Shown here piece by piece: positions 12,401-22,218 of a stretch of 64,000 nt of DNA (position 1 is its first letter; every line of letters starts with the position of its first letter). The stretch covers positions 148,056,001 through 148,120,000 of the forward strand of contig NC_091984.1 of the NCBI RefSeq assembly GCF_044704955.1. Reading direction: 5' to 3'. The notes beneath the pieces are model-generated. The model made no database searches. It worked only from the letters and a program-made list of their open reading frames with translations, and had not been told where the DNA came from. A program made the position numbers and the translations under genes. The stretch is from Pristiophorus japonicus. Its lineage: Eukaryota.

Positions 12401-13548
12401 TCCAACTACTTAAAACAGCCCAACAACAAGTTACTATGCAAGAAAGAAGGACTTGGGAAAACCAGGGTTGCTTTCTAAAAAATGACATTTGGTATCACCC
12501 TGATGGGCGAACTGTTTGCCCTAGATCTCTATTCTTGCCCCTGTCTCGCCTAGCACACGGTCAGGCTCACATGGGCAAAGGAGGGATGATGCATGCTATT
12601 AATGCACAGTGGTATGCACCAGGAATAACAGTGGTAATTGAAAAAGTTGCTAGAACATGCCAAATTTGTCAACAAAATAACAGAGGTAAAACACCTGCTG
12701 AATATGATCATCTACCCCAGCCAAGTATGCCCTTTGAAAATTTGCAAATTGATTTTGTCCACATGCCTCCAGTATCAGGTTTTAAGTACCTATTAGTCAT
12801 AGTAGACATGTTCACAAGGTGGGTAGAAGCGTACGCCACGAGGAGAGACGATGCCCGAACAGTAGTAAAGATTCTATTTAAAGAAATAGTACCAAGATAT
12901 GGGATACCTATGGGAATCAACAGTGACAGGGGAACACACTTCACCGGAAAAATAGTGCAAAATCTTGCAGAAGCGTTAGGTTTCCAGTGGAAGTTACATA
13001 TACCATATCAACCTCAGTCTTCAGGAATAGTAGAGAGAGTAAATGGGATAATAAAATCTACCCTTACCAAGGTATGTAAGGAGACAGGATTAAAATGGCC
13101 AGACGCCCTACTGTTGGTACTATATACATTAAGAAACCAGAAAAAACGAAACACTGGTTTGACACCGCATGAAGCCTTATTGGGAAGGCCAATGCCTACC
13201 GGAGTAAAACCACCACTGGTAGCGGAAAAGGTAGCATTAATTTGGAATGATGAAAAATCACTAAAGTATGCTCAGGCCATGTGTAAAATAGCAAGAAGTC
13301 TGCATGAACAGATAAAGCAGACACAGGTGCCCCTGTTGGAAGGAAATATGCACCCATTCAAGCCAGGAGACCAAGTGTTAGTGAAAACATTAAACAAAGA
13401 ATCTTTTTCTCCTAGGTGGAAAGGACCGTATCAGATAATTCTCACGACGAGAACGGCATTGAAATTGGAAAAGCATCCAAACTGGGTGCATGCAACCCGT
13501 TGTAAATATTACTTCCCCAACAAATCACAGCCAAAAGAAGAGACATAG
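9415..13548 (+). CDS. pol: Retroviral Pol (PR - 2H phosphoesterase-like insert - RT - RNase H - IN), in frame with gag after TAG
   Basis: FLVDTGA; LPQGY..QYADD; YTDGS/SAQAAEL/YTDSRY; HHCC, QIDF..SDRG..VER and WKGPY. No stop codon in ~1377 codons. Confidence 0.96.
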   Translation, partial: GCPGGVVVQAATLRLSTDIEENPLAVIKLGNTDVKFLVDTGATMSSVPPSVGLPVSNTTVLSMGVAGIPLKEFLSEPTKLTIEGHQVDNESLIVSQTAPLPLLGRQTLCKLGATIYCTKEGMFMELPQNKIHQFFDGIKREEGEDNKEKAALYCWQLSDNFYSPLIQDIVKNLKAKFDSNADELMYIILTSFEAVQLHCTAWYTRQKAETYQCLIQPFLDKEEIIEATPRIYFGPEGLGVAMDLTPLQQKRFKEENSTPHLTLAVKPLAKPKDMGPMIVEIEKEKQHQGYRPWAVIELQNVQIAFITRSRGILQWKGKSYASTFKKQQPPGQPSPKLPMALNQVSSELWAKHKNHVGKVHSAAPHRVRLIKNAVLPSIKQYTLPPEAEDGIEPVISALLEQGVLEKTQSPCNTPILPIPKVNRPNEWRFVQDLRAINKIVVPITPVVPDTNIVLSAIPPTATVFTVIDLCSAFFSIPVNQESQYLFAFTDKKQQYTWTRLPQGYTESPAVYAAAVKRDLEDCLLSDQSVLLQYADDLLVASSHGYRCMQDSLKLLQHLCERGHRVSLQKLQFCQTQVQYLGFHISQGQRQLGPERIQTIQSIPIPKTKKDILSFLGMVGYCRQWIPDYREWDAVLRSAALNDAPPKVEWTPEREEVFEQLKKAITNAPALGLPNYSKPFQMYVNEKEGFATAVLTQEHGGGNRPVAYYSVLLPPVVRGMPACLRAVAATAVMVEKSVPIVLDYPCTVVTAHAVLLLLNSAATQHFTASRRTGYEVLLLSHSNYTFQRAPIVNPATFVPTREIEDPDQHDCLLTVELATLPRPDLLTEPMDNPDLILYTDGSSYRPSDNLLLSGYAIVSPHETVEAFALPPGTSAQAAELFALTRACIIAKDQTTNIYTDSRYAFGVVHDFGQLWKNRGFITSGGKHIKHSQLVLNLLDTIQLPNKVAVIKCAAHTIGEDEVSVGNRRADEAAKQVASAQTDCLQAVSVTLPQTLDVQLLKTAQQQVTMQERRTWENQGCFLKNDIWYHPDGRTVCPRSLFLPLSRLAHGQAHMGKGGMMHAINAQWYAPGITVVIEKVARTCQICQQNNRGKTPAEYDHLPQPSMPFENLQIDFVHMPPVSGFKYLLVIVDMFTRWVEAYATRRDDARTVVKILFKEIVPRYGIPMGINSDRGTHFTGKIVQNLAEALGFQWKLHIPYQPQSSGIVERVNGIIKSTLTKVCKETGLKWPDALLLVLYTLRNQKKRNTGLTPHEALLGRPMPTGVKPPLVAEKVALIWNDEKSLKYAQAMCKIARSLHEQIKQTQVPLLEGNMHPFKPGDQVLVKTLNKESFSPRWKGPYQIILTTRTALKLEKHPNWVHATRCKYYFPNKSQPKEET

Positions 13549-13681
13549 AACTAGGACGTACTACGGTTACCTACCCGAGAAGACGGCCATCTTCTCACCA
13601 AAGAACTGTACTGACCCCTCTTTTGTGACCCTTCGCAAGGGTACATTGAACCTAAAATAAGACACCCAGAGTTCAGGCCAG

Positions 13682-13828
13682 ATGTCAGAACTTGCTTGTA
13701 TGCCAATTTGGGCCTTTATTATTTGGATCACTGTTACCCTCGTGCTTGCGTGCTGTTATTTTAACAAATTAATACAGGAGTGTTATAGAAACAGAGAAAA
13801 AAGGGAAGATGAGGCGGAAAAGCTGTAA
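13682..13828 (+). CDS. Putative 48-aa single-pass membrane accessory protein overlapping the env start
   Basis: Hand translation MSELACMPIWAFIIWITVTLVLACCYFNKLIQECYRNREKREDEAEKL*; shorter than any ORF in the supplied track; preceded by a splice-acceptor-like site at ~13639. Confidence 0.55.
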   Translation: MSELACMPIWAFIIWITVTLVLACCYFNKLIQECYRNREKREDEAEKL

Positions 13829-15296
13829 GCGGACATTGGGCATTCTGATCATTTTAGCAGTAGGAAGAGTCAGACAGGAAGAAGGAAAAGAATGGAAGGG
13901 AGATATGGAGTGGGAAAGAAGTGATAGGTCAGAACGGCAAGATAACTTTGTATGCCCAGAAGGAAAAAATTGTAAAATAGGGAACTTCACAGTAATGTGC
14001 AAAGCTTGTGGAGTGGGGAAAGGCATAAAAATAAGAAATGCCTGGGATGAAGGATTACAGCAATTGCAGGTATCAGGTTATATCACAGACGAAATGACCT
14101 GGGGGCAGAATGAAAAGATAGAGAAGGAAATAGAAAACCTAATGAAGGAACAAAAGGAAGTAAATAAGTACACCCATTGCATGTTCAGGGAGATGATCAG
14201 ACAGTTACTGAGAGCCGAGCTAGAAAGGAAAGTACTATCCTTCCATGCTAACACATGGGAGAGATTACTGGAAATCAATCAGAAAGATAAACTTCTAAAT
14301 TTAACCATTAAACCCCAAGAAAAATATACTGGTTGCGATTTAAAAGGATGTAACATCACTATGGAAATAGTAAATAAGACAAAAGGAGAAATATGGTGTC
14401 AGTTCCAAGTAATACCCCAGTTGTTCGGACGAAACTTCTGGTACCCAGAATTTAAAGGAGACTGGGTTGATGAAAAGAATCTAACACATCACGACAGGGG
14501 ATGTGCTAGGTGGCCGTTCGGAATGGTGTGTCCCTATCAGACTGCCATACACGAACCATGCTCTCTACAGCACCCCACTGGAATATGTAGATGGGAACTA
14601 AAACCAACCAATGACACCGATATTTCTGAAGTAGGACAGAATGAGGTCTGCCTGACGGGAAATAGACCTGTCTACCTGGACGGAATTCTGTATAAACCCC
14701 CCATTAATACATGTGTGAGAGAAGTCTACACCCTGTATGATCCAGAAGAAAGAAGAACTTATACTTTTGGGCAGTGGCAGAATGTAGTAAAATATCTGTC
14801 TGTGCACAAAATTGATCCTTTACCCCCTGTAATTAATTTGACCAGATTGCACAATTTGATAAAAAATGACAAACAAATAGAGGAGGCTCTGTCCAAAAGG
14901 GGCCAAGACATCCACCAGTTCAAAATAGAAATGAGTTACAAGAAGGGACAACTAGTAAGAATCGCGAATGCAGTCACCTCCCTGACAGTACACCACTGGT
15001 GGGATGTGTTTTCCGGATGGTCCCCCAAAGCTTCAGCAGTACTGAAGCTTGCTATATACCCCATAGTAATCGTAGGTGTGGTTATGCTTATATTACTAAT
15101 AATCATGTGTGGGATGTGGATAAAAGTAAAAAGGCTAATTAACCAGGTAATGGGCCTAGTATCCCAAGTAGAAGGGAAAAGTATGTTTGTGAAAGGAAGG
15201 TTAAGCCGCATAGAAGAAAAATTAGATGAATATGACGAAGTAGAATGCCTCAAGATGCGACCCTACCCCGAAGGATATGAACCCCCTTTTCAATAA
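13809..15296 (+). CDS. env: Envelope-like glycoprotein (class III/ERV-S-like TM region) with no obvious furin site or fusion peptide
   Basis: Signal-like N-terminus, N-glycosylation sequons, Cys-rich ectodomain, HHWWDVFSGWSP before a long TM helix; lies just before the PPT and 3' LTR. Confidence 0.85.
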   Translation: MRRKSCKRTLGILIILAVGRVRQEEGKEWKGDMEWERSDRSERQDNFVCPEGKNCKIGNFTVMCKACGVGKGIKIRNAWDEGLQQLQVSGYITDEMTWGQNEKIEKEIENLMKEQKEVNKYTHCMFREMIRQLLRAELERKVLSFHANTWERLLEINQKDKLLNLTIKPQEKYTGCDLKGCNITMEIVNKTKGEIWCQFQVIPQLFGRNFWYPEFKGDWVDEKNLTHHDRGCARWPFGMVCPYQTAIHEPCSLQHPTGICRWELKPTNDTDISEVGQNEVCLTGNRPVYLDGILYKPPINTCVREVYTLYDPEERRTYTFGQWQNVVKYLSVHKIDPLPPVINLTRLHNLIKNDKQIEEALSKRGQDIHQFKIEMSYKKGQLVRIANAVTSLTVHHWWDVFSGWSPKASAVLKLAIYPIVIVGVVMLILLIIMCGMWIKVKRLINQVMGLVSQVEGKSMFVKGRLSRIEEKLDEYDEVECLKMRPYPEGYEPPFQ

Positions 15297-15331
15297 AGAA
15301 AAAGAAACTGTGTTGATCGGTTATAAAGATC

Positions 15332-15345
15332 AACAAGGAGGGAGT
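15332..15345 (+). promoter_or_regulatory. Polypurine tract
   Basis: AACAAGGAGGGAGT directly before the 3' LTR TG. Confidence 0.8.
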
Positions 15346-15821
15346 TGTGGAAGAAAACGATCTCTGTAGTATGGTAAAGGGAAGGGTTAAAATCACTTCT
15401 TGCTGATATTGTAGAAATAATGGAGCTAGAGAAAACACCCGAACTTCTTTGTCTTAAGAAAACAAAAACTGATTATCTGTTCCCTGCATGAGTCTCCTAA
15501 AACTGATTATTGACACAGACAGGGAGAAACTGATTATTGACACAGACAGGGAGAAACTATGCAAGAACAGATAATGTGTGCCTTCCGGGATGACCTTTGT
15601 ATTCTCGGAGTAATATGATTAATGTTAATGTGTGGAATTTGAAGATAAAACTCCTCTTTTTACTGTATAAATATAGCGCGGGTTTTCCTGTAAAAGTCAG
15701 AGCTCTGCCTTAGTGTGGACAAAGCGGGCTCTCCGAGATATCTCGTTAGAAATAAACTTTCTCTCGAAGCACGGCTCTGAAAGTCTCCGCTGAGTTAATT
15801 TAAGCTAAAATTTCTTCGACA
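15346..15821 (+). repeat. ERV 3' LTR
   Basis: Same length as the 5' LTR; ~7 substitutions counted by eye. Confidence 0.97.
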
Positions 15822-17411
15822 CAGCCTGTCCAGCTCGATTTCCACTTTTTCACGCTTCATGTACGGTACCGCCCGAGCCTTGTGGTGGATCGGTCGCGTA
15901 CCAGGAACCAAATGGATCTGCACTTGCGTCCCCGAGAAACTTCCAATGCCTGGCTCGAATAACGATGAGAACTTGCTTAGAACCTGGGTACATGCGGTGT
16001 CATCAACTGACGAAAGCGCTCGGATGTTGTCCCAGTTCCAGCGGATTTTCCCCAGCCAGCTTCTGCCAAATAACGTGGGGCCATCCCATGGCACAATCCA
16101 TAGCGGGAGTTCGTGTACTGCTCCATCATAGGAGACTTTGACTTCAGCACTGCCAATTACCGAGATTAGTTCCCTTGTATAAGTCCTTAACTTCGTGTGA
16201 ATGGGGCTGAGCTTGGGCCTGTGTGCAATGGCTGCAGAACAATGGGACACTTCCAACGAATGTGCAGGTGAGCTACAAACCCTGCAAACCCTGCAAATTA
16301 CCACGTTGCAGAGGAAGATCGGTCCACAGTGGAGCAGACAGATCTGGGTGCCTTCTTCCCCCACAGCCTGTCGAAGGCTGTTTTACTCATTATGGACTGA
16401 CTTGCTCCCGTGTACCGCTCCATTGACACTGGAATACCATTCAGTTCAACTTTCAACATTATTGGTGGGCATTGCGTCGTGAACGTGTGTACCCCATACA
16501 CCTCTGCCTCCTCAGTATGAGTTTTCAATTCCATCTGATCCACTGTGGACCGATCTTCCTCTGCAACGTGGTGGTTTGCAGGGTTTGCAGCTCGCCTGCA
16601 CATTCATTGGAGGTGTCCCATTGTTCTGCAACCATTGCATACATAGTGCTTAAAGCGGCATTGATGGGGCCGATGATCACCTCCGCAGCACCAACAGGGT
16701 GTTAACTGCCTCGTATTAACAGATGATGACGGATTCTGGGTCAATTGAGGTCAGGCCACAGCAGCCGGTGTGTACATTCTGCCATGTACATTTCTGCTCA
16801 AAACCGACGTTACTTTATGCACAGTACTGGCCAAAACTTCTTTGTTCTGCGAAATCTGCTTGGTGTTGCCGCTGGTGGACATAAATGCTTAGGCTATCGT
16901 TATGGCTTTATTCAGATTTGCTGTTTCTACAGTCAACAAGCTTGCGAAAGATTGTCTCATGTCCAATGCCCAGTACAAAAAAGTCTCTGAGCATTTGTTC
17001 TCGGAATGCCTCAAACTCACAATGTTCTGCAAGGTGCCTTAGTTCGGTGACGTAGCTCGCCACTTCCTGGTCCCCCGATCGTTGACACGTGTATAACCAA
17101 TATTTCACCATCAAAAGGCTTTCCTTAGGATTTAGGTGCTCCTGGACCAGCGTACACAGTTCTTCATAGGATTTATCTGTTGGTTTAGCCGGGGCCAGGA
17201 TATTCTTCATGAGGCCATAGGTAGTGGCCCTACAGACGGTTAGGAGGATCGCCCATCGTTTGGTTGCATTCTCGTCCCCTTCCAGCTTGTTGGCTAAGAA
17301 GTATTGGTCGAGTCTCTCCACATAGTCCTCCCTATCATCCCCCTCCGAGAACTTCTCCAGGATGCCAACTGTTCTTTGCATTTACGCGCGGTTCGTTATC
17401 TCGTCACCAAT

Positions 17412-17639
17412 TGTTATGCTCATAATAAATGCTCAGACCGATTACTGTGTGTAATGAGCAAGTGTGACCTTAGCTCCTTTACTGTAGTTACAGAGTGCAG
17501 GTACCTCATGGGTGGCCTGCTTATATACTATACTGCCAAGGGATGCTGGGATCCCTTGGGACTCCAACAGGGCAGGCAGGCCCTCTGGTGGGCAGGTGTG
17601 ATGCAGGTTACAATGTTAAAAGGGGTTAAATACATAACA
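17412..17639 (-). repeat. Gypsy 5' LTR (228 bp), followed on the minus strand by PBS-like TGGTGACGAG
   Basis: Ends TGTTATG...CATAACA; PBS 2 nt inside the LTR, gag start just downstream. Confidence 0.8.
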
Positions 17640-17859
17640 ACAATGCTCCTGTGAAGCACTCGGGGAGTTTTACTGTGTTAAAGGTGCTGCATAAAAGTTG
17701 CTGTTATTGTTTGTTCTGAGTTAGCTGTTCCAACTGAGGTCGGGATATGACTCACAGCTCAGACTGTGCAGCATCCAGAGATGCAATGTTGTATCGTGGG
17801 TTCAAGCCCCACTCCAGGGACCTGAGTGCAAAATAAAGACATACATTACTGTGCAGTCC

Positions 17860-18100
17860 TGAGGGAGTGCTGCACTGTCAGAGGGGCAGTACTGAGGGAG
17901 TGCCGCACTGTCGCAGGAGCAGTACTGAGGGAGTGCCGCACTGTCAGAGGGGCAGTTCTGAGGGGAGTGCTGCACTGTCAGAGGGGCAGTACTGAGGGAG
18001 TGCTGCATTATCAGAGAGACAGTACTGAGGGAGTGCTGCACTGTGAGAGAGGCAGTACTGAGGAAGTGCTGCACTGTCAGAGGGGCAGTACTGAGGGGTT
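17860..18100. repeat. 33-bp tandem repeat (SINE-derived), ~7 units
   Basis: AGGGAGTGCTGCACTGTCAGAGGGGCAGTACTG units; accounts for the 11-aa periodic ORFs. Confidence 0.85.
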
Positions 18101-18103
18101 GCC

Positions 18104-19227
18104 TGTAGGTGGTTCTCTCAGCCGTACCAAAAACGCACCTCCTTCTACAAGTTCTGGACGATAGGGATTATATGGACAGATGAGACTCAGACACACGTTT
18201 TTCGGGTTCAACCGTATTGTGTTTAATAAGATTAACAACACCACTCATAAACAGTGCAAAACAGTACATCCCTGGCTTGTCCAATAAGCCCTGCCGTGCT
18301 AAGTTACCACGGCTTAATAAAAGGACCGTCCCGTGAAATAAACTAACACAGGACCCCCCCCCCGCCGCCCAGCACTAAACCCCTTGGGTTTGGTTGGGAC
18401 TTACAATCACTCCCTCACACAGCTAAGTGGTGTTGCGGATGTGTAGGCGCAGGCAATATGCTCACCCTGATTGCCCGTTGTCTTGATTGCAGCTTCTTCC
18501 TGAACGTCTCGCTCCTGGGCTTTTTCCTGGGCTTTTCTGGAGCTTTTCCTGGGCTTTTTCCTGGGCTTTTTCCTGAGCTTCTTCCACCTGAGCTGGAGTT
18601 TGTTGCAAAGTGGCTCCTTATATCCCCAAAACCCATCACTTTTCCTCCCGCCAATACTGACCGATGGATTGATTCCGGTGATCTGTCTGGACCCCTCCTC
18701 CTCCCCCTCCCGCCGTGGCCTGGAGTGGCTCGTAGCCTTTGAAATCTTTGTGAAAAATGATGTTTTATTTTCGCTCCCAGGCCTTGCATCTGGAGAGACA
18801 ATGGGTGCTGATTACTGGATGTCTGTCGTTTCCTGAGTTGATGGCCCCCATTAGCAGGTAATGGGTTTCGATCACAAACCGATCTTGCTTAACCGGCTTA
18901 TCTCCTGGAAGACAACGGGCCGGCCATTTCCTGCATTGCACCAGTTTGGGTTGGGACTGAGTGGTGACTGTGCTTTAATAATGCGAAGGCACAGTGTCTC
19001 TGAGTTACCTCTCGGGGTATTGTTCCCAGTAATCACTTTAGATGGTGATGACATCAATGGGCCTGGGTTCCCTGTTACCCAGCCTGTCAGTGTGAAATGT
19101 CCGGTTGTATATGAATGCAGCTCAGTGCCACCCCACAAGCTCGCCAACAGTACAGTTCTTTCTTGGGGATTTGGATTTATGGAATTAAAATATTGTTGAT
19201 AGAAATGGCCAGAAAGCTGGTGCTACA
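18104..19227 (-). repeat. 3' LTR (~1.1 kb) of a second LTR-retroelement family
   Basis: Minus strand reads TGTAGC...CCTACA, preceded by PPT TAGGGGG-AT and an integrase remnant. Confidence 0.75.
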
Positions 19228-19599
19228 ATCCCCCTAATGATATTTTGTCACCAAAACCAGAAATATCTCGAATTCCGTCGTCTTCTGCTGCGGGAGGTGC
19301 ATTGTGGGTCCATAGCTGATCAATTACACCCGGGCTCCCGTTTCTTCTGATTTCCTGATTAAGACAAACAGATACAGTACCACCGTTCTCTGAGCGCTTT
19401 TTCCCTCCACAGGTCGGGCTTTCGTTATTTACATATATATACAGTTCGTTCCGCGTTATCGAGTGCCCCCGGTTAAAATCTCTCCTGTTGGGGCCTCTTG
19501 CGGCTCGCGGCTGGTGAGTAAGGAGGCGTCCACGGCGCCCTAGGCCGTGGTATCCGACTGTTTCTCCTTACTGCCCTGCCATCTGGGTCATCATCATCA

Positions 19600-19995
19600 T
19601 CCTACACCATGGGAGGAAGACCCGCGTCCACCAGGCTCATTATTGTGCCCTGGTTTCTCTTTGCCTTTGTCTTCCCCCCCTCGGGGTTAAACAACTTGCA
19701 CTGGTTGATATGGTAGCATTTTGTATGTTTCGGGAGTCTGACTGCATATACCATGGGGCTGGCCTTATCTACGATGTTATAAGGCCCCATGTACAGTGGC
19801 TCGAATGCCCCCACTCGGGCACAGTTCCTGAACATTACCTGGTCTCCCACCTTCCACTCGTGGCTTCTCCGGGGCTCAAGTAGCAACCGATGTTTCCCGG
19901 TGCTGGTTCCCCAGGTTACTGGCTGCCTGCCAGTGAATCTGTTTTAAAACATCAAACAGATTCTGGACCAACCAGTCCCGGTTTACCTCGCGGTC
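19600..19995 (-). pseudogene. Integrase C-terminal remnant belonging to the 18104-19227 LTR
   Basis: WKVGDQVM..FEPLYMGPY..HINQCK, clearly homologous to ORF 22444-22869. Confidence 0.8.
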
Positions 19996-20009
19996 ATGAG
20001 CTCATGTGC

Positions 20010-20827
20010 TGCAAGGTGTTAATTTTCCACTCTCCTCTGATTCATAGACCTCGGGAATTACAGGAAGGACTCCACGTAATGCAAAGTTTAGGCTTAAACC
20101 CAACTGTTATTTTGTTGCACAAAAAACAACTGAACATTACAGAACAAGACTTCTTAGAGATTGACCGAAGACATACAATCGCCCATCCAGCCAGTTGCTA
20201 CTGTTGTCCATTGTCGGCTCGTGGAGCGAGGGAAGGTGTTGTGGCCCTGCTGCTGCTTCGTGGCTGTAGTTCATTGACCTGCTGGTCTGAGATGTTTCTT
20301 CGACCTGTTCTTCCTCTCTCTGAACCTTTGTTCTCAGCTCTTACAGATATATCCATTCGATTATACACATCTCCTGCTGGGCTGCCTTTCAGTTAATGCA
20401 GCTGGATGAGTCTCGATGGCTGTGGTGATGGGTCTGGATCTGTTCGGACGGCCACAATTCACACATGGAATTGATGGGGCAAAAGATAACTCCTTATCTT
20501 TTGTGCCCCGTTATCCAAGAATGCATGCCTTGTGGGATCCTTTGTTGTCCTGGGTTTTCGCAGACTTGGGAGTCTCCAGAGGAAACTGGTTTTCCCCTCC
20601 GGCCAATGAATCCATGGGCTCCTCTGCTTGATTGTATCAAACCCTTTGTCTCGATGTTAATCGGGTCTCACTCCTGACCCCAGAAAACGCATTAATCAGT
20701 GATCAGTCACCACCTGCCCCAGGCTGGTGCTCTTTCTCCTTCCCTACAGTCCCAAAGGTTTTCTTTTAAGCCATTTTAGTCCATGGCCTCTTGCTGCACC
20801 TCGATCATGAAACATATAACCCTTACA
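20010..20827 (-). repeat. 3' LTR of the degraded ERV
   Basis: Minus strand AAAGGGGGAAG|TGTAAGG...CCTTGCA; colinear similarity to 28714-32471. Confidence 0.7.
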
Positions 20828-20839
20828 CTTCCCCCTTTA

Positions 20840-22218
20840 ATATCTCTTGTTATAAACTCAGAGACATTACTACAGGTGGCTTCTTCTTCTTTCCATTGAG
20901 CTCTTTTGGGTGTATTGCAGTCTTCAGTCAAATCTCCATTTACATACTTTTTACAACAAAACGTCTTTCCATTGAGCTCTTTTGGGTGTATTGCAGTCTT
21001 CAGTCAAATCTCCATTTACATACTTTTTACAACAAAACGATGTTTGGCCTTAATCCATCTGACTTCAGTTTATACTTTTACAAACACTTGCGCCTTGGTT
21101 GATTTTAATAACCCTTCAAGATTCCCTTCCCTCATCTTTTGCTTTAGTTAACAGGACAAGACGAATAGATACAACACTATTACCAACTGTACAATTACTA
21201 ACAAGTGTGATACAATTTGAACCCAGGATGGGATCTCAATATTGAGTCCCACATCCCACTGTGGAGGGGCAATCATTTCCTCAATTTCCTCCCTTACTTT
21301 TTCGTTCTTTTGGTGTGACGTGTAATAATGTTTGTGGGACAACTCGATGTTCTTTAACAGTTCAGTCAAATGTTCGAGGAACAGTGGGATATAGTATCCA
21401 ACACGCGATATGTATCCCTGGAGGTTCGTAACGTATCATTGACTGTAATATAGATATGTTTGTGGTCTGAGATAGGAATTATCCTTTCTTGTGCTAACTG
21501 TGCCTCTACCTGGGGTTTGAAACAAAAGGAAGAATCTGTCAGCATTTTCGGGAGAGGTTTTAATCTGCTTGCGATCAGTTTGGTCACATTTACTGCCTTT
21601 GGTCAAGGTCACACAGGAATCAAAACCCTGCGTCCAATTCATTCCTGACCCGAAATCCTGTCATTGTCGTTTAAAAACAATCCCCACACCTCCCCTGCAT
21701 TTCTGGCTAGATCCAACCACACAGACATAAATCCCTTATTCCTCCTTCCACCACTTTTCCCAACACAATTTCACCCCTTCTCTTGTTCCTGTGCTCCGCC
21801 TGTTTGAGTTATTACCCAGTTTCTCCCATTCTGTGGATGCATTAACTTTTCTCCTGTCTGTTTTCTGTAACCACCACCACCCTCCCATGGGGGTAATCCC
21901 TTTACATTCCAGACAAACTCGTCTCCCCTCTCTCACCCGTACATTCCTGGCCGTGATGTTTAGCCTGGGGCAGGACACTGACACCTCCCCAAGTTTACCC
22001 TCGGTTTGTCTGGAGTACTTGGTCGAATTTGACCCCAACCACCCTGGCCAGCTCCCAGTGTGAGCATCGGTGTTTGTGCCCTTGTTGCTCCGTATGGCTC
22101 CCCCTTGAGTTACAGTGGGGCCGGTTCCTCCCATACACCCGTGTGTAAGGAATGTCTCGGTGTCTCCCCGATCTCCCAATCCTTTAATAATAATGGCCAT
22201 CCACAGGCCTATCCACAA
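20840..22218 (-). pseudogene. env: Degraded env
   Basis: Signal-like MWIGLWMAIIIKGLG; C-terminal heptad plus TM (IPSWVQIVSHLLVIVQLVIVLYLFVLSC); multiple stops; 76-bp tandem duplication at 20888-21039. Confidence 0.65.

Larger units (their letters stand above)
6893..15821 (+). mobile_element. Full-length endogenous retrovirus: LTR-gag-pol-small ORF-env-LTR (gamma/epsilon-like pol)
   Basis: Two 476-bp TG..CA LTRs; 5-bp TSD CAGCC (6888-6892 and 15822-15826); PBS, PPT and three long open ORFs. Confidence 0.97.
5633..17639 (-). mobile_element. Ty3/Gypsy LTR retrotransposon, degraded; split by the ERV at 6893-15821 and cut by CR1 at 5633
   Basis: gag 16908-17381 (YVERLDQYFLAN); protease TGAS ~16400; RT remnants 15830-15950 and 6300-6890; RNase H LACDAS..YSMIEKE..ETDHKPL at 5851-6321. 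Confidence 0.88.
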
